A stretch of 64,000 nucleotides of DNA, taken from positions 89,932-153,931 of the forward strand of contig CAXHJY010001603.1 in assembly GCA_964016885.1 (NCBI GenBank). The letters are read 5' to 3'. The first letter of the stretch is position 1; every line of letters begins with the position of its first letter. Positions 12,201 through 27,100 of this stretch are shown here, piece after piece. Made by a program: the position numbers and the translations under genes. The stretch comes from Eledone cirrhosa (lineage: Eukaryota). Below the pieces are notes generated by a model that worked only from the letters and a program-made list of their open reading frames with translations, was not told where the DNA came from and ran no database searches.

Positions 12201-13384
12201 TCGCGGGCCGGCCGACCGTGGTCGGATCGATCTGTAATTACTGGTACATGTGCAGACACTCATTGGCTATGTGTGGCGTGAATTTCAGCAAGATATCTCC
12301 GTAAAATCAATAGTTGTGGCTGTGGAACCAAACCGTGTTAAACGTCAACAAAGTCCGCCGGCGAATGGTGTGCTTCGAAGAAAACGAATCCAAAAATGAC
12401 GATTAGCCGGCGGATTTACCTTTTCAATCGCGGGCCGGCCGCCCGTGTCCGGATCGATCTGTAATTACTGGGACATGTGCAGACACTCATTGGCTATGTG
12501 TGGCGTGAATTTCAGCAAGATACCTCCGTAAAATCAATAGTTGTGGTTGTGGAACCAAACCGTGTTAAACGTCAACAAAGTCCGCCGGCGAATGGTGTGC
12601 TTCGAAGAAAACGAATCCAAAAATGACGATTAGCCGGCGGATTTACCTTTTCAATCGCGGGCCGGCCGACCGTGGTCGGATCGATCTGTAATTACTGGTA
12701 CATGTGCAGACACTCATTGGCTATGTGTGGCGTGAATTTCAGCAAGATATCTCCGTAAAATCAATAGTTGTGGCTGTGGAACCAAACCGTGTTAAACGTC
12801 AACAAAGTCCGCCGGCGAATGGTGTGCTTCGAAGAAAACGAATCCAAAAATGACGATTAGCCGGCGGATTTACCTTTTCAATCGCGGGCCGGCCGCCCGT
12901 GGTCGGATCGATCTGTAATTACTGGTACATGTGCAGACACTCATTGGCTATGTGTGGCGTGAATTTCAGCAAGATATCTCCGTAAAATCAATAGTTGTGG
13001 CTGTGGAACCAAACCGTGTTAAACGTCAACAAAGTCCGCCGGCGAATGGTGTGCTTCGAAGAAAACGAATCCAAAAATGTCGATTTGCCGGCGGAGTTAC
13101 CTTTTCAATCGCGGGCCGGCCGCCCGTGGTCGGATCGATCTGTAATTACTGGTACATGTGCAGACACTCATTGGCTATGTGTGGCGTGAATTTCAGCAAG
13201 ATATCTCCGTAAAATCAATAGTTGTGGCTGTGGAACCAAACCGTGTTAAACGTCAACAAAGTCCGCCGGCGAATGGTGTGCTTCGAAGAAAACGAATCCA
13301 AAAATGTCGATTTGCCGGCGGAGTTACCTTTTCAATCGCGGGCCGGCCGCCCGTGTCCGGATCGATCTGTAATTACTGGTACAT

Positions 13385-16300
13385 GTGCAGACACTCATTG
13401 GCTATGTGTGGCGTGAATTTCAGCCAGATATCTCCGTAAAATCAATAGTTGTGGCTGTGGAACCAAACCGTGTTAAACGTCAACAAAGTCCGCCGGCGAA
13501 TGGTGTGCTTCGAAGAAAACGAATCCAAAAATGACGATTAGCCGGCGGATTTACCTTTTCAATCGCGGGCCGGCCGCCCGTGGTCGGATCGATCTGTAAT
13601 TACTGGTACATGTGCAGACACTCATTGGCTATGTGTGGCGTGAATTTCAGCAAGATATCTCCGTAAAATCAATAGTTGTGGCTGTGGAACCAAACCGTGT
13701 TAAACGTCAACAAAGTCCGCCGGCGAATGGTGTGCTTCGAAGAAAACGAATCCAAAAATGTCGATTTGCCGGCGGAGTTACCTTTTCAATCGCGCGCCGG
13801 CCGCCCGTGGTCGGATCGATCTGTAATTACTGGTACATGTGCAGACACTCATTGGCTATGTGTGGCGTGAATTTCAGCAAGATATCTCCGTAAAATCAAT
13901 AGTTGTGGTTGTGGAACCAAACCGTGTTAAACGTCAACAAAGTCCGCCGGCGAATGGTATGCTTCGAAGAAAACGAATCCAAAAATGTCGATTTGCCGGC
14001 GGAGTTACCTTTTCAATCGCGGGCCGGCCGCCCGTGTCCGGATCGATCTGTAATTACTGGGACATGTGCAGACACTCATTGGCTATGTGTGGCGTGAATT
14101 TCAGCAAGATACCTCCGTAAAATCAATAGTTGTGGTTGTGGAACCAAACCGTGTTAAACGTCAACAAAGTCCGCCGGCGAATGGTGTGCTTCGAAGAAAA
14201 CGAATCCAAAAATGACGATTAGCCGGCGGATTTACCTTTTCAATCGCGGGCCGGCCGCCCGTGGTCGGATCGATCTGTAATTACTGATACATGTGCAGAC
14301 ACTCATTGGCTATGTGTGGCGTGAATTTCAGCAAGATATCTCCGTAAAATCAATAGTTGTGGCTGTGGAACCAAACCGTGTTAAACGTCAACAAAGTCCG
14401 CCGGCGAATGGTGTGCTTCGAAGAAAACGAATCCAAAAATGACGATTAGCCGGCGGATTTACCTTTTCAATCGCGGGCCGGCCGCCCGTGGTCGGATCGA
14501 TCTGTAATTACTGGTACATGTGCAGACACTCATTGGCTATGTGTGGCGTGAATTTCAGCAAGATATCTCCGTAAAATCAATAGTTGTGGCTGTGGAACCA
14601 AACCGTGTTAAACGTCAACAAAGTCCGCCGGCGAATGGTGTGCTTCGAAGAAAACGAATCCAAAAATGTCGATTTGCCGGCGGAGTTACCTTTTCAATCG
14701 CGGGCCGGCCGCCCGTGTCCGGATCGATCTGTAATTACTGGGACATGTGCAGACACTCATTGGCTATGTGTGGCGTGAATTTCAGCAAGATACCTCCGTA
14801 AAATCAATAGTTGTGGTTGTGGAACCAAACCGTGTTAAACGTCAACAAAGTCCGCCGGCGAATGGTGTGCTTCGAAGAAAACGAATCCAAAAATGACGAT
14901 TAGCCGGCGGATTTACCTTTTCAATCGCGGGCCGGCCGACCGTGGTCGGATCGATCTGTAATTACTGGTACATGTGCAGACACTCATTGGCTATGTGTGG
15001 CGTGAATTTCAGCAAGATATCTCCGTAAAATCAATAGTTGTGGCTGTGGAACCAAACCGTGTTAAACGTCAACAAAGTCCGCCGGCGAATGGTGTGCTTC
15101 GAAGAAAACGAATCCAAAAATGACGATTAGCCGGCGGATTTACCTTTTCAATCGCGGGCCGGCCGCCCGTGGTCGGATCGATCTGTAATTACTGGTACAT
15201 GTGCAGACACTCATTGGCTATGTGTGGCGTGAATTTCAGCAAGATATCTCCGTAAAATCAATAGTTGTGGCTGTGGAACCAAACCGTGTTAAACGTCAAC
15301 AAAGTCCGCCGGCGAATGGTGTGCTTCGAAGAAAACGAATCCAAAAATGTCGATTTGCCGGCGGAGTTACCTTTTCAATCGCGGGCCGGCCGCCCGTGGT
15401 CGGATCGATCTGTAATTACTGGTACATGTGCAGACACTCATTGGCTATGTGTGGCGTGAATTTCAGCAAGATATCTCCGTAAAATCAATAGTTGTGGCTG
15501 TGGAACCAAACCGTGTTAAACGTCAACAAAGTCCGCCGGCGAATGGTGTGCTTCGAAGAAAACGAATCCAAAAATGTCGATTTGCCGGCGGAGTTACCTT
15601 TTCAATCGCGGGCCGGCCGCCCGTGTCCGGATCGATCTGTAATTACTGGTACATGTGCAGACACTCATTGGCTATGTGTGGCGTGAATTTCAGCCAGATA
15701 TCTCCGTAAAATCAATAGTTGTGGCTGTGGAACCAAACCGTGTTAAACGTCAACAAAGTCCGCCGGCGAATGGTGTGCTTCGAAGAAAACGAATCCAAAA
15801 ATGACGATTAGCCGGCGGATTTACCTTTTCAATCGCGGGCCGGCCGCCCGTGGTCGGATCGATCTGTAATTACTGGTACATGTGCAGACACTCATTGGCT
15901 ATGTGTGGCGTGAATTTCAGCAAGATATCTCCGTAAAATCAATAGTTGTGGCTGTGGAACCAAACCGTGTTAAACGTCAACAAAGTCCGCCGGCGAATGG
16001 TGTGCTTCGAAGAAAACGAATCCAAAAATGTCGATTTGCCGGCGGAGTTACCTTTTCAATCGCGCGCCGGCCGCCCGTGTCCGGATCGATCTGTAATTAC
16101 TGGTACATGTGCAGACACTCATTGGCTATGTGTGGCGTGAATTTCAGCAAGATATCTCCGTAAAATCAATATTTGTGGCTGTGGAACCAAACCGTGTTAA
16201 ACGTCAACAAAGTCCGCCGGCGAATGGTGTGCTTCGAAGAAAACGAATCCAAAAATGACGATTAGCCGGCGGATTTACCTTTTCAATCGCGGGCCGGCCG

Positions 16301-19300
16301 TCCGTGGTCGGATCGATCTGTAATTACTGGTACATGTGCAGACACTCATTGGCTATGTGTGGCGTGAATTTCAGCAAGATATCTCCGTAAAATCAATAGT
16401 TGTGGCTGTGGAACCAAACCGTGTTAAACGTCAACAAAGTCCGCCGGCGAATGGTGTGCTTCGAAGAAAACGAATCCAAAAATGACGATTAGCCGGCGGA
16501 TTTACCTTTTCAATCGCGGGCCGGCCGCCCGTGGTCGGATCGATCTGTAATTACTGGTACATGTGCAGACACTCATTGGCTATGTGTGGCGTGAATTTCA
16601 GCAAGATATCTCCGTAAAATCAATAGTTGTGGTTGTGGAACCAAACCGTGTTAAACGTCAACAAAGTCCGCCGGCGAATGGTGTGCTTCGAAGAAAACGA
16701 ATCCAAAAATGTCGATTTGCCGGTGGAGTTACCTTTTCAATCGCGGGCCGGCCGCCCGTGTCCGGATCGATCTGTAATTACTGGTACATGTGCAGACACT
16801 CATTGGCTATGTGTGGCGTGAATTTCAGCAAGATACCTCCGTAAAATCAATAGTTGTGGTTGTGGAACCAAACCGTGTTAAACGTCAAGAAAGTCCGCCG
16901 GCGAATGGTGTGCTTCGAAGAAAACGAATCCAAAAATGACGATTAGCCGGCGGATTTACCTTTTCAATCGCGGGCCGGCCGCCCGTGGTCGGATCGATCT
17001 GTAATTACTGGTACATGTGCAGACACTCATTGGCTATGTGTGGCGTGAATTTCAGCAAGATATCTCCGTAAAATCAATAGTTGTGGCTGTGGAACCAAAC
17101 CGTGTTAAACGTCAACAAAGTCCGCCGGCGAATGGTGTGCTTCGAAGAAAACGAATCCAAAAATGTCGATTTGCCGGCGGAGTTACCTTTTCAATCGCGC
17201 GCCGGCTGCCCGTGTCCGGATCGATCTGTAATTACTGGTACATGTGCAGACACTCATTGGCTATGTGTGGCGTGAATTTCAGCCAGATATCTCCGTAAAA
17301 TCAATAGTTGTGGCTGTGGAACCAAACCGTGTTAAACGTCAACAAAGTCCGCCGGCGAATGGTGTGCTTCGAAGAAAACGAATCCAAAAATGACGATTAG
17401 CCGGCGGATTTACCTTTTCAATCGCGGGCCGGCCGCCCGTGGTCGGATCGATCTGTAATTACTGGTACATGTGCAGACACTCATTGGCTATGTGTGGCGT
17501 GAATTTCAGCAAGATATCTCCGTAAAATCAATAGTTGTGGCTGTGGAACCAAACCGTGTTAAACGTCAACAAAGTCCGCCGGCGAATGGTGTGCTTCGAA
17601 GAAAACGAATCCAAAAATGTCGATTTGCCGGCGGAGTTACCTTTTCAATCGCGCGCCGGCCGCCCGTGGTCGGATCGATCTGTAATTACTGGTACATGTG
17701 CAGACACTCATTGGCTATGTGTGGCGTGAATTTCAGCAAGATATCTCCGTAAAATCAATAGTTGTGGTTGTGGAACCAAACCGTGTTAAACGTCAACAAA
17801 GTCCGCCGGCGAATGGTATGCTTCGAAGAAAACGAATCCAAAAATGTCGATTTGCCGGCGGAGTTACCTTTTCAATCGCGGGCCGGCCGCCCGTGTCCGG
17901 ATCGATCTGTAATTACTGGGACATGTGCAGACACTCATTGGCTATGTGTGGCGTGAATTTCAGCAAGATACCTCCGTAAAATCAATAGTTGTGGTTGTGG
18001 AACCAAACCGTGTTAAACGTCAACAAAGTCCGCCGGCGAATGGTGTGCTTCGAAGAAAACGAATCCAAAAATGACGATTAGCCGGCGGATTTACCTTTTC
18101 AATCGCGGGCCGGCCGCCCGTGGTCGGATCGATCTGTAATTACTGATACATGTGCAGACACTCATTGGCTATGTGTGGCGTGAATTTCAGCAAGATATCT
18201 CCGTAAAATCAATAGTTGTGGCTGTGGAACCAAACCGTGTTAAACGTCAACAAAGTCCGCCGGCGAATGGTGTGCTTCGAAGAAAACGAATCCAAAAATG
18301 ACGATTAGCCGGCGGATTTACCTTTTCAATCGCGGGCCGGCCGCCCGTGGTCGGATCGATCTGTAATTACTGGTACATGTGCAGACACTCATTGGCTATG
18401 TGTGGCGTGAATTTCAGCAAGATATCTCCGTAAAATCAATAGTTGTGGCTGTGGAACCAAACCGTGTTAAACGTCAACAAAGTCCGCCGGCGAATGGTGT
18501 GCTTCGAAGAAAACGAATCCAAAAATGTCGATTTGCCGGCGGAGTTACCTTTTCAATCGCGGGCCGGCCGCCCGTGTCCGGATCGATCTGTAATTACTGG
18601 GACATGTGCAGACACTCATTGGCTATGTGTGGCGTGAATTTCAGCAAGATACCTCCGTAAAATCAATAGTTGTGGTTGTGGAACCAAACCGTGTTAAACG
18701 TCAACAAAGTCCGCCGGCGAATGGTGTGCTTCGAAGAAAACGAATCCAAAAATGACGATTAGCCGGCGGATTTACCTTTTCAATCGCGGGCCGGCCGACC
18801 GTGGTCGGATCGATCTGTAATTACTGGTACATGTGCAGACACTCATTGGCTATGTGTGGCGTGAATTTCAGCAAGATATCTCCGTAAAATCAATAGTTGT
18901 GGCTGTGGAACCAAACCGTGTTAAACGTCAACAAAGTCCGCCGGCGAATGGTGTGCTTCGAAGAAAACGAATCCAAAAATGACGATTAGCCGGCGGATTT
19001 ACCTTTTCAATCGCGGGCCGGCCGCCCGTGGTCGGATCGATCTGTAATTACTGGTACATGTGCAGACACTCATTGGCTATGTGTGGCGTGAATTTCAGCA
19101 AGATATCTCCGTAAAATCAATAGTTGTGGCTGTGGAACCAAACCGTGTTAAACGTCAACAAAGTCCGCCGGCGAATGGTGTGCTTCGAAGAAAACGAATC
19201 CAAAAATGTCGATTTGCCGGCGGAGTTACCTTTTCAATCGCGGGCCGGCCGCCCGTGGTCGGATCGATCTGTAATTACTGGTACATGTGCAGACACTCAT

Positions 19301-21102
19301 TGGCTATGTGTGGCGTGAATTTCAGCAAGATATCTCCGTAAAATCAATAGTTGTGGCTGTGGAACCAAACCGTGTTAAACGTCAACAAAGTCCGCCGGCG
19401 AATGGTGTGCTTCGAAGAAAACGAATCCAAAAATGTCGATTTGCCGGCGGAGTTACCTTTTCAATCGCGGGCCGGCCGCCCGTGTCCGGATCGATCTGTA
19501 ATTACTGGTACATGTGCAGACACTCATTGGCTATGTGTGGCGTGAATTTCAGCCAGATATCTCCGTAAAATCAATAGTTGTGGCTGTGGAACCAAACCGT
19601 GTTAAACGTCAACAAAGTCCGCCGGCGAATGGTGTGCTTCGAAGAAAACGAATCCAAAAATGACGATTAGCCGGCGGATTTACCTTTTCAATCGCGGGCC
19701 GGCCGCCCGTGGTCGGATCGATCTGTAATTACTGGTACATGTGCAGACACTCATTGGCTATGTGTGGCGTGAATTTCAGCAAGATATCTCCGTAAAATCA
19801 ATAGTTGTGGCTGTGGAACCAAACCGTGTTAAACGTCAACAAAGTCCGCCGGCGAATGGTGTGCTTCGAAGAAAACGAATCCAAAAATGTCGATTTGCCG
19901 GCGGAGTTACCTTTTCAATCGCGCGCCGGCCGCCCGTGTCCGGATCGATCTGTAATTACTGGTACATGTGCAGACACTCATTGGCTATGTGTGGCGTGAA
20001 TTTCAGCAAGATATCTCCGTAAAATCAATATTTGTGGCTGTGGAACCAAACCGTGTTAAACGTCAACAAAGTCCGCCGGCGAATGGTGTGCTTCGAAGAA
20101 AACGAATCCAAAAATGACGATTAGCCGGCGGATTTACCTTTTCAATCGCGGGCCGGCCGTCCGTGGTCGGATCGATCTGTAATTACTGGTACATGTGCAG
20201 ACACTCATTGGCTATGTGTGGCGTGAATTTCAGCAAGATATCTCCGTAAAATCAATAGTTGTGGCTGTGGAACCAAACCGTGTTAAACGTCAACAAAGTC
20301 CGCCGGCGAATGGTGTGCTTCGAAGAAAACGAATCCAAAAATGACGATTAGCCGGCGGATTTACCTTTTCAATCGCGGGCCGGCCGCCCGTGGTCGGATC
20401 GATCTGTAATTACTGGTACATGTGCAGACACTCATTGGCTATGTGTGGCGTGAATTTCAGCAAGATATCTCCGTAAAATCAATAGTTGTGGTTGTGGAAC
20501 CAAACCGTGTTAAACGTCAACAAAGTCCGCCGGCGAATGGTGTGCTTCGAAGAAAACGAATCCAAAAATGTCGATTTGCCGGTGGAGTTACCTTTTCAAT
20601 CGCGGGCCGGCCGCCCGTGTCCGGATCGATCTGTAATTACTGGTACATGTGCAGACACTCATTGGCTATGTGTGGCGTGAATTTCAGCAAGATACCTCCG
20701 TAAAATCAATAGTTGTGGTTGTGGAACCAAACCGTGTTAAACGTCAAGAAAGTCCGCCGGCGAATGGTGTGCTTCGAAGAAAACGAATCCAAAAATGACG
20801 ATTAGCCGGCGGATTTACCTTTTCAATCGCGGGCCGGCCGCCCGTGGTCGGATCGATCTGTAATTACTGGTACATGTGCAGACACTCATTGGCTATGTGT
20901 GGCGTGAATTTCAGCAAGATATCTCCGTAAAATCAATAGTTGTGGCTGTGGAACCAAACCGTGTTAAACGTCAACAAAGTCCGCCGGCGAATGGTGTGCT
21001 TCGAAGAAAACGAATCCAAAAATGTCGATTTGCCGGCGGAGTTACCTTTTCAATCGCGCGCCGGCTGCCCGTGTCCGGATCGATCTGTAATTACTGGTAC
21101 AT
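13385..21102. repeat. 17-monomer block duplication / HOR, 3859 bp, two near-identical copies
   Basis: Private variant CTGATAC at 14287 and 18146 (difference 3859). Type T monomers match at 13612/17471, 13839/17698, 14520/18379, 15201/19060, 15428/19287, 15882/19741, 16563/20422 and 17017/20876. Confidence 0.93.
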
Positions 21103-24100
21103 GTGCAGACACTCATTGGCTATGTGTGGCGTGAATTTCAGCAAGATATCTCCGTAAAATCAATATTTGTGGCTGTGGAACCAAACCGTGTTAAACGTCA
21201 ACAAAGTCCGCCGGCGAATGGTGTGCTTCGAAGAAAACGAATCTAAAAATGACGATTAGCCGGCGGATTTACCTTTTCAATCGCGGGCCGGCCGCCCATG
21301 GTCGGATCGATCTGTAATTACTGGTACAGGTGCAGACACTCATTGGCTATGTGTGGCGTGAATTTCAGCCAGATATCTCCGTAAAATCAATAGTTGTGGC
21401 TGTGGAACCAAACCGTGTTAAACGTCAACAAAGTCCGCCGGCGAATGGTGTGCTTCGAAGAAAACGAATCCAAAAATGACGATTAGCCGGCGGATTTACC
21501 TTTTCAATCGCGGGCCGGCCGCCCGTGGTCGGATCGATCTGTAATTACTGGTACATGTGCAGACACTCATTGGCTATGTGTGGCGTGAATTTCAGCAAGA
21601 TATCTCCGTAAAATCAATAGTTGTGGTTGTGGAACCAAACCGTGTTAAACGTCAACAAAGTCCGCCGGCGAATGGTATGCTTCGAAGAAAACGAATCCAA
21701 AAATGTCGATTTGCCGGCGGAGTTACCTTTTCAATCGCGGGCCGGCCGCCCGTGTCCGGATCGATCTGTAATTACTGGGACATGTGCAGACACTCATTGG
21801 CTATGTGTGGCGTGAATTTCAGCAAGATACCTCCGTAAAATCAATAGTTGTGGTTGTGGAACCAAACCGTGTTAAACGTCAAGAAAGTCCGCCGGCGAAT
21901 GGTGTGCTTCGAAGAAAACGAATCCAAAAATGACGATTAGCCGGCGGATTTACCTTTTCAATCGCGGGCCGGCCGCCCGTGGTCGGATCGATCTGTAATT
22001 ACTGGTACATGTGCAGACACTCATTGGCTATGTGTGGCGTGAATTTCAGCAAGATATCTCCGTAAAATCAATAGTTGTGGCTGTGGAACCAAACCGTGTT
22101 AAACGTCAACAAAGTCCGCCGGCGAATGGTGTGCTTCGAAGAAAACGAATCCAAAAATGTCGATTTGCCGGCGGAGTTACCTTTTCAATCGCGGGCCGGC
22201 CGCCCGTGTCCGGATCGATCTGTAATTACTGGGACATGTGCAGACACTCATTGGCTATGTGTGGCGTGAATTTCAGCAAGATACCTCCGTAAAATCAATA
22301 GTTGTGGTTGTGGAACCAAACCGTGTTAAACGTCAACAAAGTCCGCCGGCGAATGGTGTGCTTCGAAGAAAACGAATCCAAAAATGACGATTAGCCGGCG
22401 GATTTACCTTTTCAATCGCGGGCCGGCCGACCGTGGTCGGATCGATCTGTAATTACTGGTACATGTGCAGACACTCATTGGCTATGTGTGGCGTGAATTT
22501 CAGCAAGATATCTCCGTAAAATCAATAGTTGTGGCTGTGGAACCAAACCGTGTTAAACGTCAACAAAGTCCGCCGGCGAATGGTGTGCTTCGAAGAAAAC
22601 GAATCCAAAAATGACGATTAGCCGGCGGATTTACCTTTTCAATCGCGGGCCGGCCGCCCGTGGTCGGATCGATCTGTAATTACTGGTACATGTGCAGACA
22701 CTCATTGGCTATGTGTGGCGTGAATTTCAGCAAGATATCTCCGTAAAATCAATAGTTGTGGCTGTGGAACCAAACCGTGTTAAACGTCAACAAAGTCCGC
22801 CGGCGAATGGTGTGCTTCGAAGAAAACGAATCCAAAAATGTCGATTTGCCGGCGGAGTTACCTTTTCAATCGCGGGCCGGCCGCCCGTGGTCGGATCGAT
22901 CTGTAATTACTGGTACATGTGCAGACACTCATTGGCTATGTGTGGCGTGAATTTCAGCAAGATATCTCCGTAAAATCAATAGTTGTGGCTGTGGAACCAA
23001 ACCGTGTTAAACGTCAACAAAGTCCGCCGGCGAATGGTGTGCTTCGAAGAAAACGAATCCAAAAATGTCGATTTGCCGGCGGAGTTACCTTTTCAATCGC
23101 GGGCCGGCCGCCCGTGTCCGGATCGATCTGTAATTACTGGTACATGTGCAGACACTCATTGGCTATGTGTGGCGTGAATTTCAGCCAGATATCTCCGTAA
23201 AATCAATAGTTGTGGCTGTGGAACCAAACCGTGTTAAACGTCAACAAAGTCCGCCGGCGAATGGTGTGCTTCGAAGAAAACGAATCCAAAAATGACGATT
23301 AGCCGGCGGATTTACCTTTTCAATCGCGGGCCGGCCGCCCGTGGTCGGATCGATCTGTAATTACTGGTACATGTGCAGACACTCATTGGCTATGTGTGGC
23401 GTGAATTTCAGCAAGATATCTCCGTAAAATCAATATTTGTGGCTGTGGAACCAAACCGTGTTAAACGTCAACAAAGTCCGCCGGCGAATGGTGTGCTTCG
23501 AAGAAAACGAATCCAAAAATGACGATTAGCCGGCGGATTTACCTTTTCAATCGCGGGCCGGCCGTCCGTGGTCGGATCGATCTGTAATTACTGGTACATG
23601 TGCAGACACTCATTGGCTATGTGTGGCGTGAATTTCAGCAAGATATCTCCGTAAAATCAATAGTTGTGGCTGTGGAACCAAACCGTGTTAAACGTCAACA
23701 AAGTCCGCCGGCGAATGGTGTGCTTCGAAGAAAACGAATCCAAAAATGACGACTAGCCGGCGGATTTACCTTTTCAATCGCGGGCCGGCCGCCCGTGGTC
23801 GGATCGATCTGTAATTACTGGTACATGTGCAGACACTCATTGGCTATGTGTGGCGTGAATTTCAGCAAGATATCTCCGTAAAATCAATAGTTGTGGTTGT
23901 GGAACCAAACCGTGTTAAACGTCAACAAAGTCCGCCGGCGAATGGTGTGCTTCGAAGAAAACGAATCCAAAAATGTCGATTTGCCGGTGGAGTTACCTTT
24001 TCAATCGCGGGCCGGCCGCCCGTGTCCGGATCGATCTGTAATTACTGGTACATGTGCAGACACTCATTGGCTATGTGTGGCGTGAATTTCAGCAAGATAC

Positions 24101-27100
24101 CTCCGTAAAATCAATAGTTGTGGTTGTGGAACCAAACCGTGTTAAACGTCAAGAAAGTCCGCCGGCGAATGGTGTGCTTCGAAGAAAACGAATCCAAAAA
24201 TGACGATTAGCCGGCGGATTTACCTTTTCAATCGCGGGCCGGCCGCCCGTGGTCGGATCGATCTGTAATTACTGGTACATGTGCAGACACTCATTGGCTA
24301 TGTGTGGCGTGAATTTCAGCAAGATATCTCCGTAAAATCAATAGTTGTGGCTGTGGAACCAAACCGTGTTAAACGTCAACAAAGTCCGCCGGCGAATGGT
24401 GTGCTTCGAAGAAAACGAATCCAAAAATGTCGATTTGCCGGCGGAGTTACCTTTTCAATCGCGCGCCGGCTGCCCGTGTCCGGATCGATCTGTAATTACT
24501 GGTACATGTGCAGACACTCATTGGCTATGTGTGGCGTGAATTTCAGCAAGATATCTCCGTAAAATCAATATTTGTGGCTGTGGAACCAAACCGTGTTAAA
24601 CGTCAACAAAGTCCGCCGGCGAATGGTGTGCTTCGAAGAAAACGAATCCAAAAATGACGATTAGCCGGCGGATTTACCTTTTCAATCGCGGGCCGGCCGC
24701 CCATGGTCGGATCGATCTGTAATTACTGGTACAGGTGCAGACACTCATTGGCTATGTGTGGCGTGAATTTCAGCAAGATATCTCCGTAAAATCAATAGTT
24801 GTGGTTGTGGAACCAAACCGTGTTAAACGTCAACAAAGTCCGCCGGCGAATGGTGTGCTTCGAAGAAAACGAATCCAAAAATGTCGATTTGCCGGTGGAG
24901 TTACCTTTTCAATCGCGGGCCGGCCGCCCGTGTCCGGATCGATCTGTAATTACTGGTACATGTGCAGACACTCATTGGCTATGTGTGGCGTGAATTTCAG
25001 CAAGATACCTCCGTAAAATCAATAGTTGTGGTTGTGGAACCAAACCGTGTTAAACGTCAAGAAAGTCCGCCGGCGAATGGTGTGCTTCGAAGAAAACGAA
25101 TCCAAAAATGACGATTAGCCGGCGGATTTACCTTTTCAATCGCGGGCCGGCCGCCCGTGGTCGGATCGATCTGTAATTACTGGTACATGTGCAGACACTC
25201 ATTGGCTATGTGTGGCGTGAATTTCAGCAAGATATCTCCGTAAAATCAATAGTTGTGGCTGTGGAACCAAACCGTGTTAAACGTCAACAAAGTCCGCCGG
25301 CGAATGGTGTGCTTCGAAGAAAACGAATCCAAAAATGTCGATTTGCCGGCGGAGTTACCTTTTCAATCGCGCGCCGGCTGCCCGTGTCCGGATCGATCTG
25401 TAATTACTGGTACATGTGCAGACACTCATTGGCTATGTGTGGCGTGAATTTCAGCAAGATATCTCCGTAAAATCAATATTTGTGGCTGTGGAACCAAACC
25501 GTGTTAAACGTCAACAAAGTCCGCCGGCGAATGGTGTGCTTCGAAGAAAACGAATCCAAAAATGACGATTAGCCGGCGGATTTACCTTTTCAATCGCGGG
25601 CCGGCCGCCCATGGTCGGATCGATCTGTAATTACTGGTACAGGTGCAGACACTCATTGGCTATGTGTGGCGTGAATTTCAGCCAGATATCTCCGTAAAAT
25701 CAATAGTTGTGGCTGTGGAACCAAACCGTGTTAAACGTCAACAAAGTCCGCCGGCGAATGGTGTGCTTCGAAGAAAACGAATCCAAAAATGACGATTAGC
25801 CGGCGGATTTACCTTTTCAATCGCGGGCCGGCCGCCCGTGGTCGGATCGATCTGTAATTACTGGTACATGTGCAGACACTCATTGGCTATGTGTGGCGTG
25901 AATTTCAGCAAGATATCTCCGTAAAATCAATAGTTGTGGCTGTGGAACCAAACCGTGTTAAACGTCAACAAAGTCCGCCGGCGAATGGTGTGCTTCGAAG
26001 AAAACGAATCCAAAAATGACGATTAGCCGGCGGATTTACCTTTTCAATCGCGGGCCGGCCGCCCGTGGTCGGATCGATCTGTAATTACTGGTACATGTGC
26101 AGACACTCATTGGCTATGTGTGGCGTGAATTTCAGCAAGATATCTCCGTAAAATCAATAGTTGTGGTTGTGGAACCAAACCGTGTTAAACGTCAACAAAG
26201 TCCGCCGGCGAATGGTGTGCTTCGAAGAAAACGAATCCAAAAATGTCGATTTGCCGGTGGAGTTACCTTTTCAATCGCGGGCCGGCCGCCCGTGTCCGGA
26301 TCGATCTGTAATTACTGGTACATGTGCAGACACTCATTGGCTATGTGTGGCGTGAATTTCAGCAAGATACCTCCGTAAAATCAATAGTTGTGGTTGTGGA
26401 ACCAAACCGTGTTAAACGTCAAGAAAGTCCGCCGGCGAATGGTGTGCTTCGAAGAAAACGAATCCAAAAATGACGATTAGCCGGCGGATTTACCTTTTCA
26501 ATCGCGGGCCGGCCGCCCGTGGTCGGATCGATCTGTAATTACTGGTACATGTGCAGACACTCATTGGCTATGTGTGGCGTGAATTTCAGCAAGATATCTC
26601 CGTAAAATCAATAGTTGTGGCTGTGGAACCAAACCGTGTTAAACGTCAACAAAGTCCGCCGGCGAATGGTGTGCTTCGAAGAAAACGAATCCAAAAATGT
26701 CGATTTGCCGGCGGAGTTACCTTTTCAATCGCGCGCCGGCTGCCCGTGTCCGGATCGATCTGTAATTACTGGTACATGTGCAGACACTCATTGGCTATGT
26801 GTGGCGTGAATTTCAGCAAGATATCTCCGTAAAATCAATATTTGTGGCTGTGGAACCAAACCGTGTTAAACGTCAAGAAAGTCCGCCGGCGAATGGTGTG
26901 CTTCGAAGAAAACGAATCCAAAAATGACGATTAGCCGGCGGATTTACCTTTTCAATCGCGGGCCGGCCGCCCATGGTCGGATCGATCTGTAATTACTGGT
27001 ACAGGTGCAGACACTCATTGGCTATGTGTGGCGTGAATTTCAGCAAGATATCTCCGTAAAATCAATAGTTGTGGCTGTGGAACCAAACCGTGTTAAACGT

